Shown: positions 18,922-29,110, numbered from the stretch's first letter. The stretch is 64,000 nucleotides of DNA from an uncultured delta proteobacterium (GCA_963806225.1 CAWDXG010000004.1:4800001-4864000), one strand, 5' to 3'. Numbers and translations: made by a program. The notes: generated from the letters alone by a model not told the origin.

Positions 18922-20015
18922 CGGCCGGCGGGGAGCTTCACCGTGCAGTGGCTCATCGGGCCCCAGAAGCTGTCGACGTAGTACTTGCCGCCGCCCGAGG
19001 TCCACACGTCCACGTCGAACGGGTCGCAGCTGAGCGTGGTGACCGATCGGTCGCCCTGCAGGATCTCGATCTGGAACGTCATCACGCGTGGGACCTGGCT
19101 CCGGCCGCGAAAGTGGTGGCTCACGAGGTGGATGTTGGCGGTGAAGAACAGCGGCCCGGAACGATCCAGCACGAAGCTGGCCTCCTTCGGCTGGTCGCCG
19201 ACGGCGAGCTCCGCCATCGACACGCCGCAGGCCCTCATGCCGAAGACGGGTGCGACGACGAACAGCCCCAGGAGCCCGATTTCCACCAGAAACGGCCGCA
19301 CCCGCGAGGCGCGCTTCGGCAGGGCGGCGCCCCGGGGCAGCTCGCTCTGCACCGGCTGATCCGCCACGCCGAGCGCGAGCTCGAGCTGCCGTTCCAGATA
19401 CACGCCGAGCTCCGCGTCGCCAATGTTGCGGACCAGCAGCCTCGACTTCCCGTTCGCCGTCCGCGCCAGCAGCGAGAACGCGCCGCCCGCCTGTACCGTG
19501 AACAGCTGCACGATGTCAGCGGTCGGCAGGCGGACCTGCGTGCGTGGCCAGAAACGGCTCTGGCTACACTGGAGCTTGCCACCTGCCAGCCGGACCACGA
19601 GCCCGTCGAAGAGCGCGGTGACGCGCACCCACACGTAGAAGCCGACGGGCACCGACACCAGCCCCGCGACCACGTAGGAGTGGTTGGTCAGCGCCAGCTG
19701 CCAGATGTACGCGAGGCCCGCGAGGGCGAGCAGCCCGAGCAGGAACGCCAGAAGCGTCCTCGGGCTGAAGTAGCGCAGGGTGATGTCCAGCGAGCCGTCG
19801 CCGAGCGGAGTCGTGCCGTCGCTCGCGCCGCGCTTGAAGCGGACCTTCAATCGCGGCGTGGCGATCGCCTTCGGCCGCTCGACGGGTAGGCCCGAGATGA
19901 CCGCCGCGGCGTATTCCTCGAGCTCCGCGCGTTCTCCGTAGAGCGTGCCGCACGCGGGGCAGGCTCCCGTGGCCTGGTCTCCGGGCAGCGGTGTGCCGCA
20001 GTTCCTGCACCCCAT
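18834..20015 (-). CDS. Membrane protein with N-terminal zinc ribbon
   Basis: CRNC...CPAC at the N-terminus; three hydrophobic segments. Confidence 0.7.
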   Translation of the reverse strand: MGCRNCGTPLPGDQATGACPACGTLYGERAELEEYAAAVISGLPVERPKAIATPRLKVRFKRGASDGTTPLGDGSLDITLRYFSPRTLLAFLLGLLALAGLAYIWQLALTNHSYVVAGLVSVPVGFYVWVRVTALFDGLVVRLAGGKLQCSQSRFWPRTQVRLPTADIVQLFTVQAGGAFSLLARTANGKSRLLVRNIGDAELGVYLERQLELALGVADQPVQSELPRGAALPKRASRVRPFLVEIGLLGLFVVAPVFGMRACGVSMAELAVGDQPKEASFVLDRSGPLFFTANIHLVSHHFRGRSQVPRVMTFQIEILQGDRSVTTLSCDPFDVDVWTSGGGKYYVDSFWGPMSHCTVKLPAGRYTLRAVRRWKPGAKRVVFEESVLELRRE

Positions 20016-20122
20016 ACGCGCGGCATCCTTGCCGGAACATGCCAGCAGCGCAAGGTCGCGCGGGAAGATCGCGGAGGTGTGCGCGTAGGTCTAGAGATGG
20101 GTTGGTCCAGCCGGAGCAGGCG

Positions 20123-20464
20123 ATGAAGGGCGCGCGACCCCCGCGCCGCGCCCGCTCGTCCGTCGCGATCGGTTGCGGCGCGTTTGCCCTGCTGGTCTGG
20201 CTCGCGAACGTGCTCGAGGTGACGCTGTTCAAGCCGCACGCCTGCTCGATCGGACGCATGCAGCTCGAGTCGTATCTGTTCATGGCGCGTCCCGTTGCGA
20301 TGCTGCTTTCGCTGGTCGGGCTGTTGCTCGCCCTGTTCGCGCGCTCCGACAACCCGCGGCAGCGCGCCGCTGCGCTCTCTGTCTGCGCCCTGGGCGTGGC
20401 GGTCGCGGTGGCGTTCCTGAGGCGCTGGCTGCCCGGCCTGCACCTGCCCTGTCTCAGGGACTGA
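20123..20464 (+). CDS. Small hypothetical membrane protein (about 3 TM)
   Basis: GGAG RBS before the ATG; three hydrophobic helices. Confidence 0.55.
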   Translation: MKGARPPRRARSSVAIGCGAFALLVWLANVLEVTLFKPHACSIGRMQLESYLFMARPVAMLLSLVGLLLALFARSDNPRQRAAALSVCALGVAVAVAFLRRWLPGLHLPCLRD

Positions 20465-20474
20465 GCCCGCGCGC

Positions 20475-20996
20475 TCACTCCTCCGCCTGGCTGAGCGCCT
20501 TCTCGAGCAGGACGCGGAAGTGGCCGGCGTGCGGGTTCCAGTCGGGCCCGGGCCTCACGTCGGTCTCGAACAGCACCAGCTGCATTTCCACCTGGTACTT
20601 CTCTCCCGCCCGCGGGAGGCCGTCCTTGCCGGTGCGCCACACCAGCGTGCCCAGGTCGAAGCCGCGCCCCGGCACGTAGCCGCGTCGCGTGCTCTCGAGC
20701 CGCGGCCGCCCCCGCTCGTGCACGCGCGCCGTGTACGCCACGCCGATCGATCGCCCCGGCTCCACACGCACCGTCTTGTCTGCCAGAAGATCCGGATCGA
20801 TCTCGACGGAGAGCGTGTCGAGCCCGCGCGCGATCCGGAGCGCCGCCGGCACCTGCACGATCTCCGCGCGCCCCGGCTTCGCGTCGGCAGCGGAGGGCGC
20901 CTTGTGCCGATCGCAGCCCGCGCCGAGTGCGACCAGGCCGCCCGGCGCCAGCAGCGCGAACAGGAAAAGGACCGGCGCGGAGCGGCGTAGAGGCAC
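20475..20996 (-). CDS. Hypothetical lipoprotein
   Basis: Hydrophobic signal ending LGAGC, followed by a beta-rich domain; start approximate. Confidence 0.55.
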   Translation of the reverse strand: MPLRRSAPVLFLFALLAPGGLVALGAGCDRHKAPSAADAKPGRAEIVQVPAALRIARGLDTLSVEIDPDLLADKTVRVEPGRSIGVAYTARVHERGRPRLESTRRGYVPGRGFDLGTLVWRTGKDGLPRAGEKYQVEMQLVLFETDVRPGPDWNPHAGHFRVLLEKALSQAEE

Positions 20997-21064
20997 GAGC
21001 GGAGAGTACCGCGCCGCGCCGCAGCGCGCAGCGCTGCGCGCGCTCCGCCAGGACGAGCATGCCG

Positions 21065-22126
21065 CTACTGCAGCGAGCAGATCACGCTGCCCACTTTTTC
21101 GGCGCCGGAGCACGAGGAGCCCGCGCCCAGCGCGCCGCTGAAGGAGAGGAACAGAGTCGGGCCGTCGACGGCGAGCGAGGCGGCCGCGATGGGCAGCTGC
21201 TCCGGCTTCGGGGGCGGCGGCGCGCCGCCTGTTCCGAGGGGAACGTCGCAGGGCACGGTCAGGCTCTGGGTTGCCAGGGCGTTGGCCGTGCTGGCCGTCG
21301 TGACGCCCAGCTGCAGCGTTCCCGCGACGGAGGGGTCGCCGCTGTAGCTGGCGGTGAGCTGTGCCCCGCTCTGCGACAGCACGAGTGTGCCGCTGCTGCC
21401 GCCGGAGACGATCTGGGTCTGGCCGCCGCTCTGGTACCGGGTCTCGACCTGGGAGCTGCAGGCGTAGCTGCCGACGGGCAGCGACGGGACGGAAGGCGGC
21501 GGCCCCGCGTCGACAGGCTGCGCCGCGGGGCCCTGCCGGCAGACGATCCAGAAGCCGGCGGGAATGGCTTGCGGGCCGCACGTTCCCGTATCGGCCTTCA
21601 GTTGTCCCGCCACGGAGAGGAAGACGCTGCCCGAGTCGTACGTCAGCGCGCCGGCGCTGGCGTGCAGCACCGCCGGGTACATCTGCTCGTTGGACACGCC
21701 CACGCCGAGGACGCAGAGCGCCTTGAAGCCAGAGGACACCTGCGCGGCGTGAGCGAGCGTCGCCGATGTGGCGGAGGTCGCCGCAAAGTCGAACGAGCTG
21801 GTCGTGCCGCCCAGGTCGACGTAGCTCGCGCCCAGCGTGGCCCCGCTCTGCTCCAGCGTGAGCGTTGCGCCGGGTTCGAAGCCGGTGCTGTTCATGAAAA
21901 TGTTGCCGTCGGGGTTGTGGAGACCCTGCGCGCAGTCGGTGTACGTTCCGAGCGGAAACGCGACCGCGCCGGAGTCGACAGCCTCGGCGTCGTGCGCTGG
22001 GGCGTCGTGCGCTGGGGCGTCCGGCGCCGAGGCGTCCCGCGGTGCGATGGCGCCGAGGTCGCTCCGCGCGCCACAGGCGGCGACCTGGAGCGCGAGCAGC
22101 AGCAATGCAACGTCACGTCCACGCAC
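21065..22126 (-). CDS. Hypothetical lipoprotein with two internally similar beta-rich domains
   Basis: VAACG lipobox, DAPAH linker; the halves share GxYxxC / TLxLxQSGAxLxASY / ATLA / FLSxxG motifs. Confidence 0.72.
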   Translation of the reverse strand: MRGRDVALLLLALQVAACGARSDLGAIAPRDASAPDAPAHDAPAHDAEAVDSGAVAFPLGTYTDCAQGLHNPDGNIFMNSTGFEPGATLTLEQSGATLGASYVDLGGTTSSFDFAATSATSATLAHAAQVSSGFKALCVLGVGVSNEQMYPAVLHASAGALTYDSGSVFLSVAGQLKADTGTCGPQAIPAGFWIVCRQGPAAQPVDAGPPPSVPSLPVGSYACSSQVETRYQSGGQTQIVSGGSSGTLVLSQSGAQLTASYSGDPSVAGTLQLGVTTASTANALATQSLTVPCDVPLGTGGAPPPPKPEQLPIAAASLAVDGPTLFLSFSGALGAGSSCSGAEKVGSVICSLQ

Positions 22127-22233
22127 CCCTTCACGCTATCACGCCGCGGATCGCCCCGCGCGTGCCCGCGCCGCACCGGCAAAAACCCAACCCAATAACC
22201 GGCGCCGTCGACCGCGCGAGTGTGACGGAGGCG

Positions 22234-23052
22234 TCAGTTCACGAGTGCCGTCGAGATAGCGGGCGGCTTCGTGTCGAAACCGATGACGCGCCGGGCGCTG
22301 CACGCCGATGGCCCCTTGCAGCCGGACGTGACGAGCACCAGCGTCGCATTCACCTCGACGCGCAGGTTCTGGGGCTTGACGTCCGTCGGGGCCACGAACT
22401 TTATCGTGTTGTCGCTGATGTCGACGCCCGTCGGTTGTCCCAGCCTGAAGAGTTCCTCACCCGTGCTGCTCGTGGCAACGAGCATCGCGCTGTCGATGCT
22501 CTCGCTCTGGAGCCCGAGATCAATCGTTGCCTGCCCGCCGGAGTGCAGCGTGCCGTCGGCCGGAGCGGTCAGGGCCGGCTTCCGCGTGGCGAGCGCATCG
22601 CTCACCTGGACGCGATACGTCGCCGTGTTGTCGCGGATCTCGAGCGCGACGGGGCCGTCGAGCGAAGGCAGCTTGTCGCTGCGGGAGAGCTCGAAAGCCG
22701 GTGGCGTGCACTGGTTGTGCACGCTTCCGGGGCCCGTGCCCGTCCCGACATGGCTGCTGCCGGGACTGACGACGCGCATCGGCAGACCCGCGAGGGTGGC
22801 GTTCGCGTCGACGCGCAGGCAGCTGCTCTGGTGTGCGGTGGGCTCGAGCGTCACCTCGATGGCGTCGTCGCGGACCTCGAGCGCGACGCGGGTTGTCGAT
22901 GCCGCTTCCGCGAGCGTCGAGCTGTGCGTGCCGATGCCGCCGCAGCCGGAGAGCAGAGCGGCCACCGCGAGCGACAGCCCCGCGCCAGAGACGCGACGCG
23001 GCGAAGGCCGCGCCCAACGTCTACCGAGCAAGCTCATGCCAGAGGACATCAT
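22234..23052 (-). CDS. Hypothetical lipoprotein
   Basis: LLSGC lipobox; normal globular composition; start at 23052 or 23037. Confidence 0.65.
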   Translation of the reverse strand: MMSSGMSLLGRRWARPSPRRVSGAGLSLAVAALLSGCGGIGTHSSTLAEAASTTRVALEVRDDAIEVTLEPTAHQSSCLRVDANATLAGLPMRVVSPGSSHVGTGTGPGSVHNQCTPPAFELSRSDKLPSLDGPVALEIRDNTATYRVQVSDALATRKPALTAPADGTLHSGGQATIDLGLQSESIDSAMLVATSSTGEELFRLGQPTGVDISDNTIKFVAPTDVKPQNLRVEVNATLVLVTSGCKGPSACSARRVIGFDTKPPAISTALVN

Positions 23053-23153
23053 CAAGGCTCCCGTCTCGACCCACACCCGAACGCTGCTTCCAGCGCGAAG
23101 AACCAAGTCTAGGTGCCGCCCCGTCCTTGTCAAACCGTGCGGCAGGGCGCGCG

Positions 23154-23852
23154 TCAGTCCGGCTCGGAGGCGTGCTCCCACCAGGACAGCGCCACGGTCA
23201 GAAGCATCAGGCGGCGCTGGAGCCTCGGGGGGATGGCTTGCGCGGGCAGGTACAGCCGCACCTGCATGTCGGTGACGATGTCGGCGGCGAGCAGCAGCCG
23301 GTCGCCCGGAGCGGTCCACGAGATGTAGCCGACGCGCGCGTCCGTGGCTTCCTCGTAGCCGTGCTCGAGCAGCACGTGCCGGTCGCCGAGCGTCGCCACG
23401 CCGCGCCAGCAACCCGGCGTTGTCATCATGGAAAAGTACGAGCGGCTGTCGGCGGCGCAGGCCGCTCCCGGGTTCATCCAGAACGCGATCCGGTCCTTGC
23501 CGCCGCTGGTCGACCAGCAGCCGAAGCGCGTGCGGGGCACGTGCGCTCCCTTTGGGTCGGTCTCGCAGTGGATCGCCTCGCCGTCGAGCGCGGCGGTGAA
23601 GGCGATGTCGGCGCGGTACGCCCCTGCTGCCGACGCGACGTAGGCCCGTGCCAGCTCGATGCGGATCGTGCCGCCGCCCGGCACGTCCCAGCTCGTCGGC
23701 GCGAAGCCGTACATATGCCCCGGCGTCGCGCGTATCACGACCGTGTTCCGCTTGTCCGAGGGCCAGCCCTCGGGGTGGTTGACCACGCAGGCTCCAAGTG
23801 GAAGCGCCAGAGCCAGCGGCAGAGCGAGGCGCCAGGCGGTGTCGAGCCCCAT
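23154..23852 (-). CDS. Hypothetical lipoprotein
   Basis: LPLGAC lipobox; plausible codon usage. Confidence 0.68.
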   Translation of the reverse strand: MGLDTAWRLALPLALALPLGACVVNHPEGWPSDKRNTVVIRATPGHMYGFAPTSWDVPGGGTIRIELARAYVASAAGAYRADIAFTAALDGEAIHCETDPKGAHVPRTRFGCWSTSGGKDRIAFWMNPGAACAADSRSYFSMMTTPGCWRGVATLGDRHVLLEHGYEEATDARVGYISWTAPGDRLLLAADIVTDMQVRLYLPAQAIPPRLQRRLMLLTVALSWWEHASEPD

Positions 23853-24063
23853 GGCGCTGTCGTAGCACAGGCTGGTGGGCTTTTTGCCTCCCGGCGCCCG
23901 GACGGAATGTAGCCATCCTCGGCGAGGCCAGCGGCCGCCCTACAGCGGCGCGAAGTCCGACCAGCGACGTGTCAGGCCCAGCACGAAGATCCAGCGCTCG
24001 GTGTCCACGTACCGGGTGGAGCTTCCCCAGGGCTTGTAGCTCGCGGATTCGGACTCTGCTTGT

Positions 24064-24528
24064 TCAGCGAGGGCCGAACTCGATGGCGCCGCCGGGCAGG
24101 AAGTACAGGATGTTCATGGTCCCGCCTTCCACGGTCGGCACATGCCACGAGCCGGGCTCGTAGACGGTCCAGCCCGGCGCGCGCCCGTCGAAGCTCGGCG
24201 TGCCGTCCACGGCAAAGCAGAGGTCGAACTCGCCGTTCGGATGCCTGTGCCCTGGACCCGGTCGATCCATGCGCACCGCATCGATCGACAGCTCGCTCTC
24301 CGTGCTCGCCTTGCGCACGCGCGAGTAGCGCACGCCGGGGCCGCCCTCGCGCGAGCACAGCCAGCCGTCGGCAACGCCCTCTGCAAACAGCCCGGCCAGG
24401 GCCCGCATATCGTCCCCGTCGACCGGGAAGCGCTGCTCGAGCACCTCGGCTGCGCTCTGCTCCGGCTTCATCTCGAGCAGGGCGGAGATCAGGGGCTCGA
24501 GGGCTCGATCGAATTCTTCACGCGACAT
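24064..24528 (-). CDS. DUF4863 / 4-hydroxylaminobenzoate lyase (PnbB)-like cupin protein
   Basis: GWLCSREGG..RYSRV, HRHPNGEFDL, GWTVYEPGSWHVPTV..G...ILYFLPGGAIEF. Confidence 0.75.
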   Translation of the reverse strand: MSREEFDRALEPLISALLEMKPEQSAAEVLEQRFPVDGDDMRALAGLFAEGVADGWLCSREGGPGVRYSRVRKASTESELSIDAVRMDRPGPGHRHPNGEFDLCFAVDGTPSFDGRAPGWTVYEPGSWHVPTVEGGTMNILYFLPGGAIEFGPR

Positions 24529-24611
24529 GCCCAAGGTCGTACCACGAGCGCGGGCCACCTCAAGCGTGCGGTTGTGGATCGGCACCATGTGAGGCGCGCG
24601 CCTGGTAGGCG

Positions 24612-25283
24612 TCACTCCCGGATCAGCCGCTTCATCGCCTTGTTGCCGTAGGAAACGACGGGCTCGTGCTGCACGGCCAGTCGCTTCTCCAGGTGGGCCA
24701 CGAATGCCCGCGCGAGCTCGTCCTGCCGGATGTTCCCCCAGCCGAGGGAATCCGGAATCAGGGCGGTGAAGGGCGCCATCCAGCCGGGGGTGTGCGCGTT
24801 GCCCACGATCATCCCGGGCTTGAAGACGGCCAGTTTCTCGAAGCCAACCGCGAGCACCGCGTCCAGCTTCTTCCCCATCACCCGGACGTACTTGATCCTC
24901 GAGTTTGCGCTCTTTTCGTCCACGCCCACGGCAGTCAAGAGCTCGAAGCTCTCGACTCCGGCCGCCTTGCAGCCCCTGGCGAAGCTGCCCACCAGATCGA
25001 CCTCGACCTGTAGCATCTCTGCCTCGGTCATCGAGTTCGTGCCACTTCCTATCCCGACGCAGCTGATGGCCACGTCGTGACCTCGCGCGGTGTCCTGCAC
25101 GACCGCCGCGAAGTCGGCCGCGCTCGTATCGACCACGACCTGCTCCACCTTCGGTTCGCCCTCCACGCTGGCCACGGCCCGGCGACCCAGCAGCGTCAGC
25201 CCGGAGCACGCATCACTCTCGATCAGCGCGCGCGCCACCGCTCCGCCGACCTCGCCACTTCCTCCGAACAGGATGCACTTCAT
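24612..25283 (-). CDS. Atypical SDR / NAD(P)-binding protein (TIP30/CC3-like)
   Basis: LFGGSGEVG Rossmann motif, AISCVG, Y..VMG, FKPGMI; GGAGG RBS. Confidence 0.8.
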   Translation of the reverse strand: MKCILFGGSGEVGGAVARALIESDACSGLTLLGRRAVASVEGEPKVEQVVVDTSAADFAAVVQDTARGHDVAISCVGIGSGTNSMTEAEMLQVEVDLVGSFARGCKAAGVESFELLTAVGVDEKSANSRIKYVRVMGKKLDAVLAVGFEKLAVFKPGMIVGNAHTPGWMAPFTALIPDSLGWGNIRQDELARAFVAHLEKRLAVQHEPVVSYGNKAMKRLIRE

Positions 25284-25402
25284 CGCACGCCTCCAGCGTT
25301 GTCGGCGGACGTTGCTCCACTTCGTCGCGCTCGACAACCATCGCCGCCGCAACAACAGCGATCCGCCACCCCCTGCCGTTCGAAAGGGCGCGTAATTCGG
25401 CT

Positions 25403-26774
25403 TCAGCCGTGCGGCGCGGGTCGCAGCAGGCCCGCGCCGGCCGCTTGCTCGCTCTCGGCGGCGCGCTCGGGCACGTCGCGGATGAGGCGTTTGACAACCA
25501 CGATGAACACGCCCGTCAGCGCCAGGTTCAGTGCCAGCGAGAGCATCGCCACCGTGACGATGGGGCCTCCGATGCCGTAGCCGAGGCTCAAGACGAGCAC
25601 GCCGGCGCCGACCTCGCCCCGCGGCCACATGCCGATGGCCACCGCCAGCCGATGCCGCCAGTGCGCCTCCTTCCTGTAGCAGAACGCAGGGAACATCTTG
25701 CCGAGGTTGGCGAGCAGCGTGATGAGCAGCACGTGCAGCGCCACCGTGCCCCAGTCGAGAATCGGGCTGGCTGGCGGTGACGGTCGCGGTGAAGCGCGCC
25801 GCCTGTTGTCCGCCCAGCGCCGCCGCATTGTCGACGACGCTCGGGGGCGCCGCGGCGTGAAGCGCCGCCGGCGTCGGTGCCGCATGCTGCAGGTCGGGCC
25901 CGCCGAAGATAGCCGGCATGCTCAGGCCGACCAGCAGCATGAACGCCGCCGAGACGGCCGTGACCGCGCGGCGCTCCGCCGGCCGCTCGAGCAACCGGTG
26001 CAGGGCGTGCTCGACGCTCTCCGCGTCGGAACCCGGCGCAACGTCGCGCGGCCGCGCCAGACAGCCGAGCACGAACGCGGGCAGGAGCACCTCGATGTGG
26101 ATGGGCACCGAGGGGTCGACCAGCTTGCTGCCGGCGTAGAGCAGCTCGCTTACCGTTACGATGACCCCGGAGTACGCGAGCACCCAGGCCCAGCCCACCG
26201 GCATGCGCACGCGGTGCAGAAAGACGTAGGCGACGCCGAGCAAGAGCGCCATCAGCACCACCACCAGACCCAGCTGCCAGGCCAGCCCCACCATCAGCAT
26301 CTTCAGCGGGACCATCAAGAGCACCGTGTCCAGGTCGTCGAAGATGGCGAGGATGCGCGCCTTCTTGAACAGCCACGTCGCACCGAGCCCGGCGGCGGCG
26401 AGCATGCTGAACAAGACGCCGGCGGAAGTGGGCGCCGCAAAGCGCCCGGCCAGGAGCGTCTCCTTCCACGCAGCGAAGTCGCCCCACGCCGGCGACGGCA
26501 GCATCACGAACACGAAGTAGCCCGTCACCAGCAGCCAGGGGAACGAGGCAGCGGTGAAGGCCACGACGTAGTCCCAGCCGTATTCCCGGATCCGGCTCTT
26601 GTCGATGTGGAACTCGAACCCGACGTGGATCATGATGTAGGCGAGGCCCGTCATCGTGAGCACGCGGATGACGGCCGCCACCGGGTCGTGCGCGCCGCCC
26701 AGCAGAGCGGGCAGGAGCTGCGAAAGCCCGAGCCCCGCGAACAGCAGCAAGGAATACAACAGAACCTTCCGCAT
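25403..26774 (-). pseudogene. Cation:proton antiporter-like membrane protein with a single frameshift near 25765 (real lesion or assembly error)
   Basis: The N-part (APTSAGVL, LAIFDDLDT) is in one frame; the C-part (NLGKMFP, GMWPRGEVGAG) continues in the next frame after AGC CAG CCC G ATT CTC. Confidence 0.78.
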
Positions 26775-27110
26775 CGCCCATTTCCCCCCATGCGGCGCGC
26801 GCTCCACAGCCGCGCCGGAAATTCCCCTTCTACAGCAGATGGGTCCCGGCAATGCCGCGCGCAAGGGTCCTTCGCAGGCCGCGGCCATCCCGTCATCCTG
26901 CCCGCCGCCGCCCAGGGCGCCCACGATGGCGCTCGCGCACGGCGCGGCGGATGGCGGCGGGTAGGGTGTCGCGCCGGCGCGGGTTCGCGGGGACAGCACG
27001 AATGTCTACTGGATGGACTACACCGCCGGGACGGTGAACTGGGCGCCGAACTAGGCGCGTTGGCGAGGGTCCCCGCTCTCGTGCGACACGCTTCGCGAAC
27101 AGGACGATGC

Positions 27111-27253
27111 CAAGGGCCGGCCTGCGGACGAGGCGTTCGACCGTCTCGAGCGCAAGCTCCGTTCGCGATGACGCGTCGGCTCGTGATCGAGCGCGAAGCC
27201 GAGTCGGAGCTCAAGGAGGCGGTTCGCTACGAAGAGGCCGCCATCGGTCTCGG
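27111..27253 (+). pseudogene. Remnant of an addiction-module antitoxin 3' end plus ParE toxin 5' end
   Basis: Diverged copy of 28694-28838 (GRPADEAFDRLERKLRSR* / MTRRLVIEREAESELKEA). Confidence 0.75.
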
Positions 27254-27291
27254 TGCGCGGGCATCGGGACCAGCCTGCAAAAAGACTGTCG

Positions 27292-28407
27292 TCACCCGTC
27301 CGGCGCCGCGGGTTTCCTTTCCTGCATGAACCCGCGCCCGAAATCTTCCTCGGCAGCCAGTGCATTGTGCGCGCGGCAGCGCAGCGTGAGGTTCCCGGCG
27401 CTGGTAGGTCCGCCGCGGGCGAAGGGCTGTTCGTGGTGGAGCTCGAGCCGGGCGGTCTCGCGGCAGCGCTGGCCGCGGGGGTCGATGTAGCTGCAGCGGG
27501 CGCCGTCGCGCTCGCGGACGGCGCGGCGGACGGCTGCGGGGACCGTGCCGCGCCGGCGCGGGTCGCCGGCGTGGTCGCGCTGGCGCGGGTCGTCCGCGTT
27601 GCTCGGTGTGCCGCGCCGGCGCGGGTCGCCGGCGTCTCCGGCCTGGAGGTTGTTGTCGCGCCGGTGCGGAACCGCGCTTCCGCCTTGTGGCGCGGAGGTG
27701 CCGCGCTGGCGCGGCTTGCCGTTTGGCGGCGCGGCTTTGCGCTCCGCACCGCCCTGGCGCGGCTTGTCCGTCGCGGCGTACTTCTGCTTCTCGAGCTTTT
27801 CGACCAGCTCGCGCAGCGCGCGCAGGTGCACTGCCTCGATGGAGCGATCCGTCGCGGCGTGCGAGAGCAGGTCGCGCGCTCGTTCGAGCAACTCGACGTA
27901 TTCCTGCGTGGCGGTGAACTGGACCTTGTAGCGCTGGGGCCGCGCCGGCGCGGGGGCGGTTGCCTCTTGGTGGTCATCCCCGCTTCCGCCAACCGCATCG
28001 CCCGCGCCATCCACCCAATCCGCCGGCCGCTCGCCGGGCGGAAGCTCGCGCACCGGATTGAACGACGCGACGAACTCGCTCCACGTCGGATTGCGCGGCG
28101 AGGCGAGCTCGGGGCCGAGCGGCTCGACCCGTGCGGGCACGGCGGGCAGCGGATCGATCTCGCGGACCAGCTTTGCGATCTCGCGCTTGGTGCGATGCTT
28201 CGCGCGGGCCAGCACGTCGCTGCAATTGTCGTCGGTCAGATGCGGGCCGAGCAGCAACAGACCCGTCAGGTGAAGCTCGCCGCGAGCGACCGCGTCGTAG
28301 AGCGCCGGGAACTTCCGGCACAGCCGCGCGGCCTTCGCGCGGCGGAACGCGGCATCTTCGGACAACCTACGCGCCGGCAGCTCCGGTAGGCCCGACGACT
28401 CGAACAT
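27292..28407 (-). CDS. DUF222-like/HNH endonuclease of a repeated myxobacterial family, probably 5'-truncated
   Basis: LSEDAAFRR...GELHLTGLLLL; C-terminal VRERDGARCSY...C...LELHH..PFARGG..SAGNLTLRCRAHN (HNH); internal 28-bp repeat at 27545-27572 and 27608-27635. Confidence 0.8.
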   Translation of the reverse strand: MFESSGLPELPARRLSEDAAFRRAKAARLCRKFPALYDAVARGELHLTGLLLLGPHLTDDNCSDVLARAKHRTKREIAKLVREIDPLPAVPARVEPLGPELASPRNPTWSEFVASFNPVRELPPGERPADWVDGAGDAVGGSGDDHQEATAPAPARPQRYKVQFTATQEYVELLERARDLLSHAATDRSIEAVHLRALRELVEKLEKQKYAATDKPRQGGAERKAAPPNGKPRQRGTSAPQGGSAVPHRRDNNLQAGDAGDPRRRGTPSNADDPRQRDHAGDPRRRGTVPAAVRRAVRERDGARCSYIDPRGQRCRETARLELHHEQPFARGGPTSAGNLTLRCRAHNALAAEEDFGRGFMQERKPAAPDG

Positions 28408-28522
28408 CGGGGTGAACGCCGACTTTCTCGATCTACTGCGCGACCGGCTCCGGATCGTCCCCGCTTTCGTGGGACGCGACTCCCGAACTGGACATCGCCA
28501 CTCGCAGCGATACGATCACGGC

Positions 28523-28753
28523 ATGGCCAGTGTCGCTGTCCAGAAGATCATCGAGCACGTCTCCGGTCTTTCGGAGGAAGAGCGGCGTGTCGTCGTGGAC
28601 GCCATCGCGCCGGCGGCTTCCACCGCCCAGCTCGCTGACGAGTGGGAGGCAGAGATCGCGCGCCGCGCCGCCCGCGTGCGTGGAGGCGTGTCGCAGGGCC
28701 GGCCCGCGGACGAGGTATTCGATCGTCTCGAGCGCAAGCTCCCGTCGCGATGA
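28523..28753 (+). CDS. Addiction-module antitoxin (TIGR02574-like)
   Basis: LSEEER...WEAEIARR...G...PADEVF; ATGA overlap with the toxin start. Confidence 0.8.
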   Translation: MASVAVQKIIEHVSGLSEEERRVVVDAIAPAASTAQLADEWEAEIARRAARVRGGVSQGRPADEVFDRLERKLPSR

Positions 28754-29010
28754 CACGTCGGCTCGTCATCGAGCCCGAAGCCGAGGCGGAGCTCGAGGAG
28801 GCAGCGATTCGCTACGAAGAGGCTGTCGCCGGCCTCGGCCACGACTTCCTGGCCGAGATGCGCAGCCGGACGCGGGACTACCTGGGGGCGACGGATCCGG
28901 ATGCGCTGGTGCGGCTCTCCGACCTTGCCGACGAGTATCCGGCGCAGCTCGAGGTGCGGGTGTACGAGGCGCCGGCGCGGAGCTTCGATCCGAAGTCGTC
29001 CGGCGCGTAG
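28750..29010 (+). pseudogene. Chimeric remnant: ParE toxin N-terminus fused to a fragment of a PLD-helicase gene
   Basis: MTRRLVIEPEAEAELEEAAIRYEEAVAGLGHDF is followed by DYLGATDPDAL...VRVYEA..RSFDPK, which matches 30469-30599. Confidence 0.75.
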
Positions 29011-29110
29011 CGGGCCGTGGACTGAACGCCGGCGAGGCGGCGTGGCGGCGCCTGCGGCACCTCAGGCCGCCCCCGTTGCGGGCGGCTGGTTCCAGCGCTA
29101 TTTCTGCAAC

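Noticed and set aside
24612..26999. 795-aa antiporter-oxidoreductase fusion protein
   Set aside because: Explained by a frameshift in the antiporter; the SDR gene has its own RBS and ATG at 25283.
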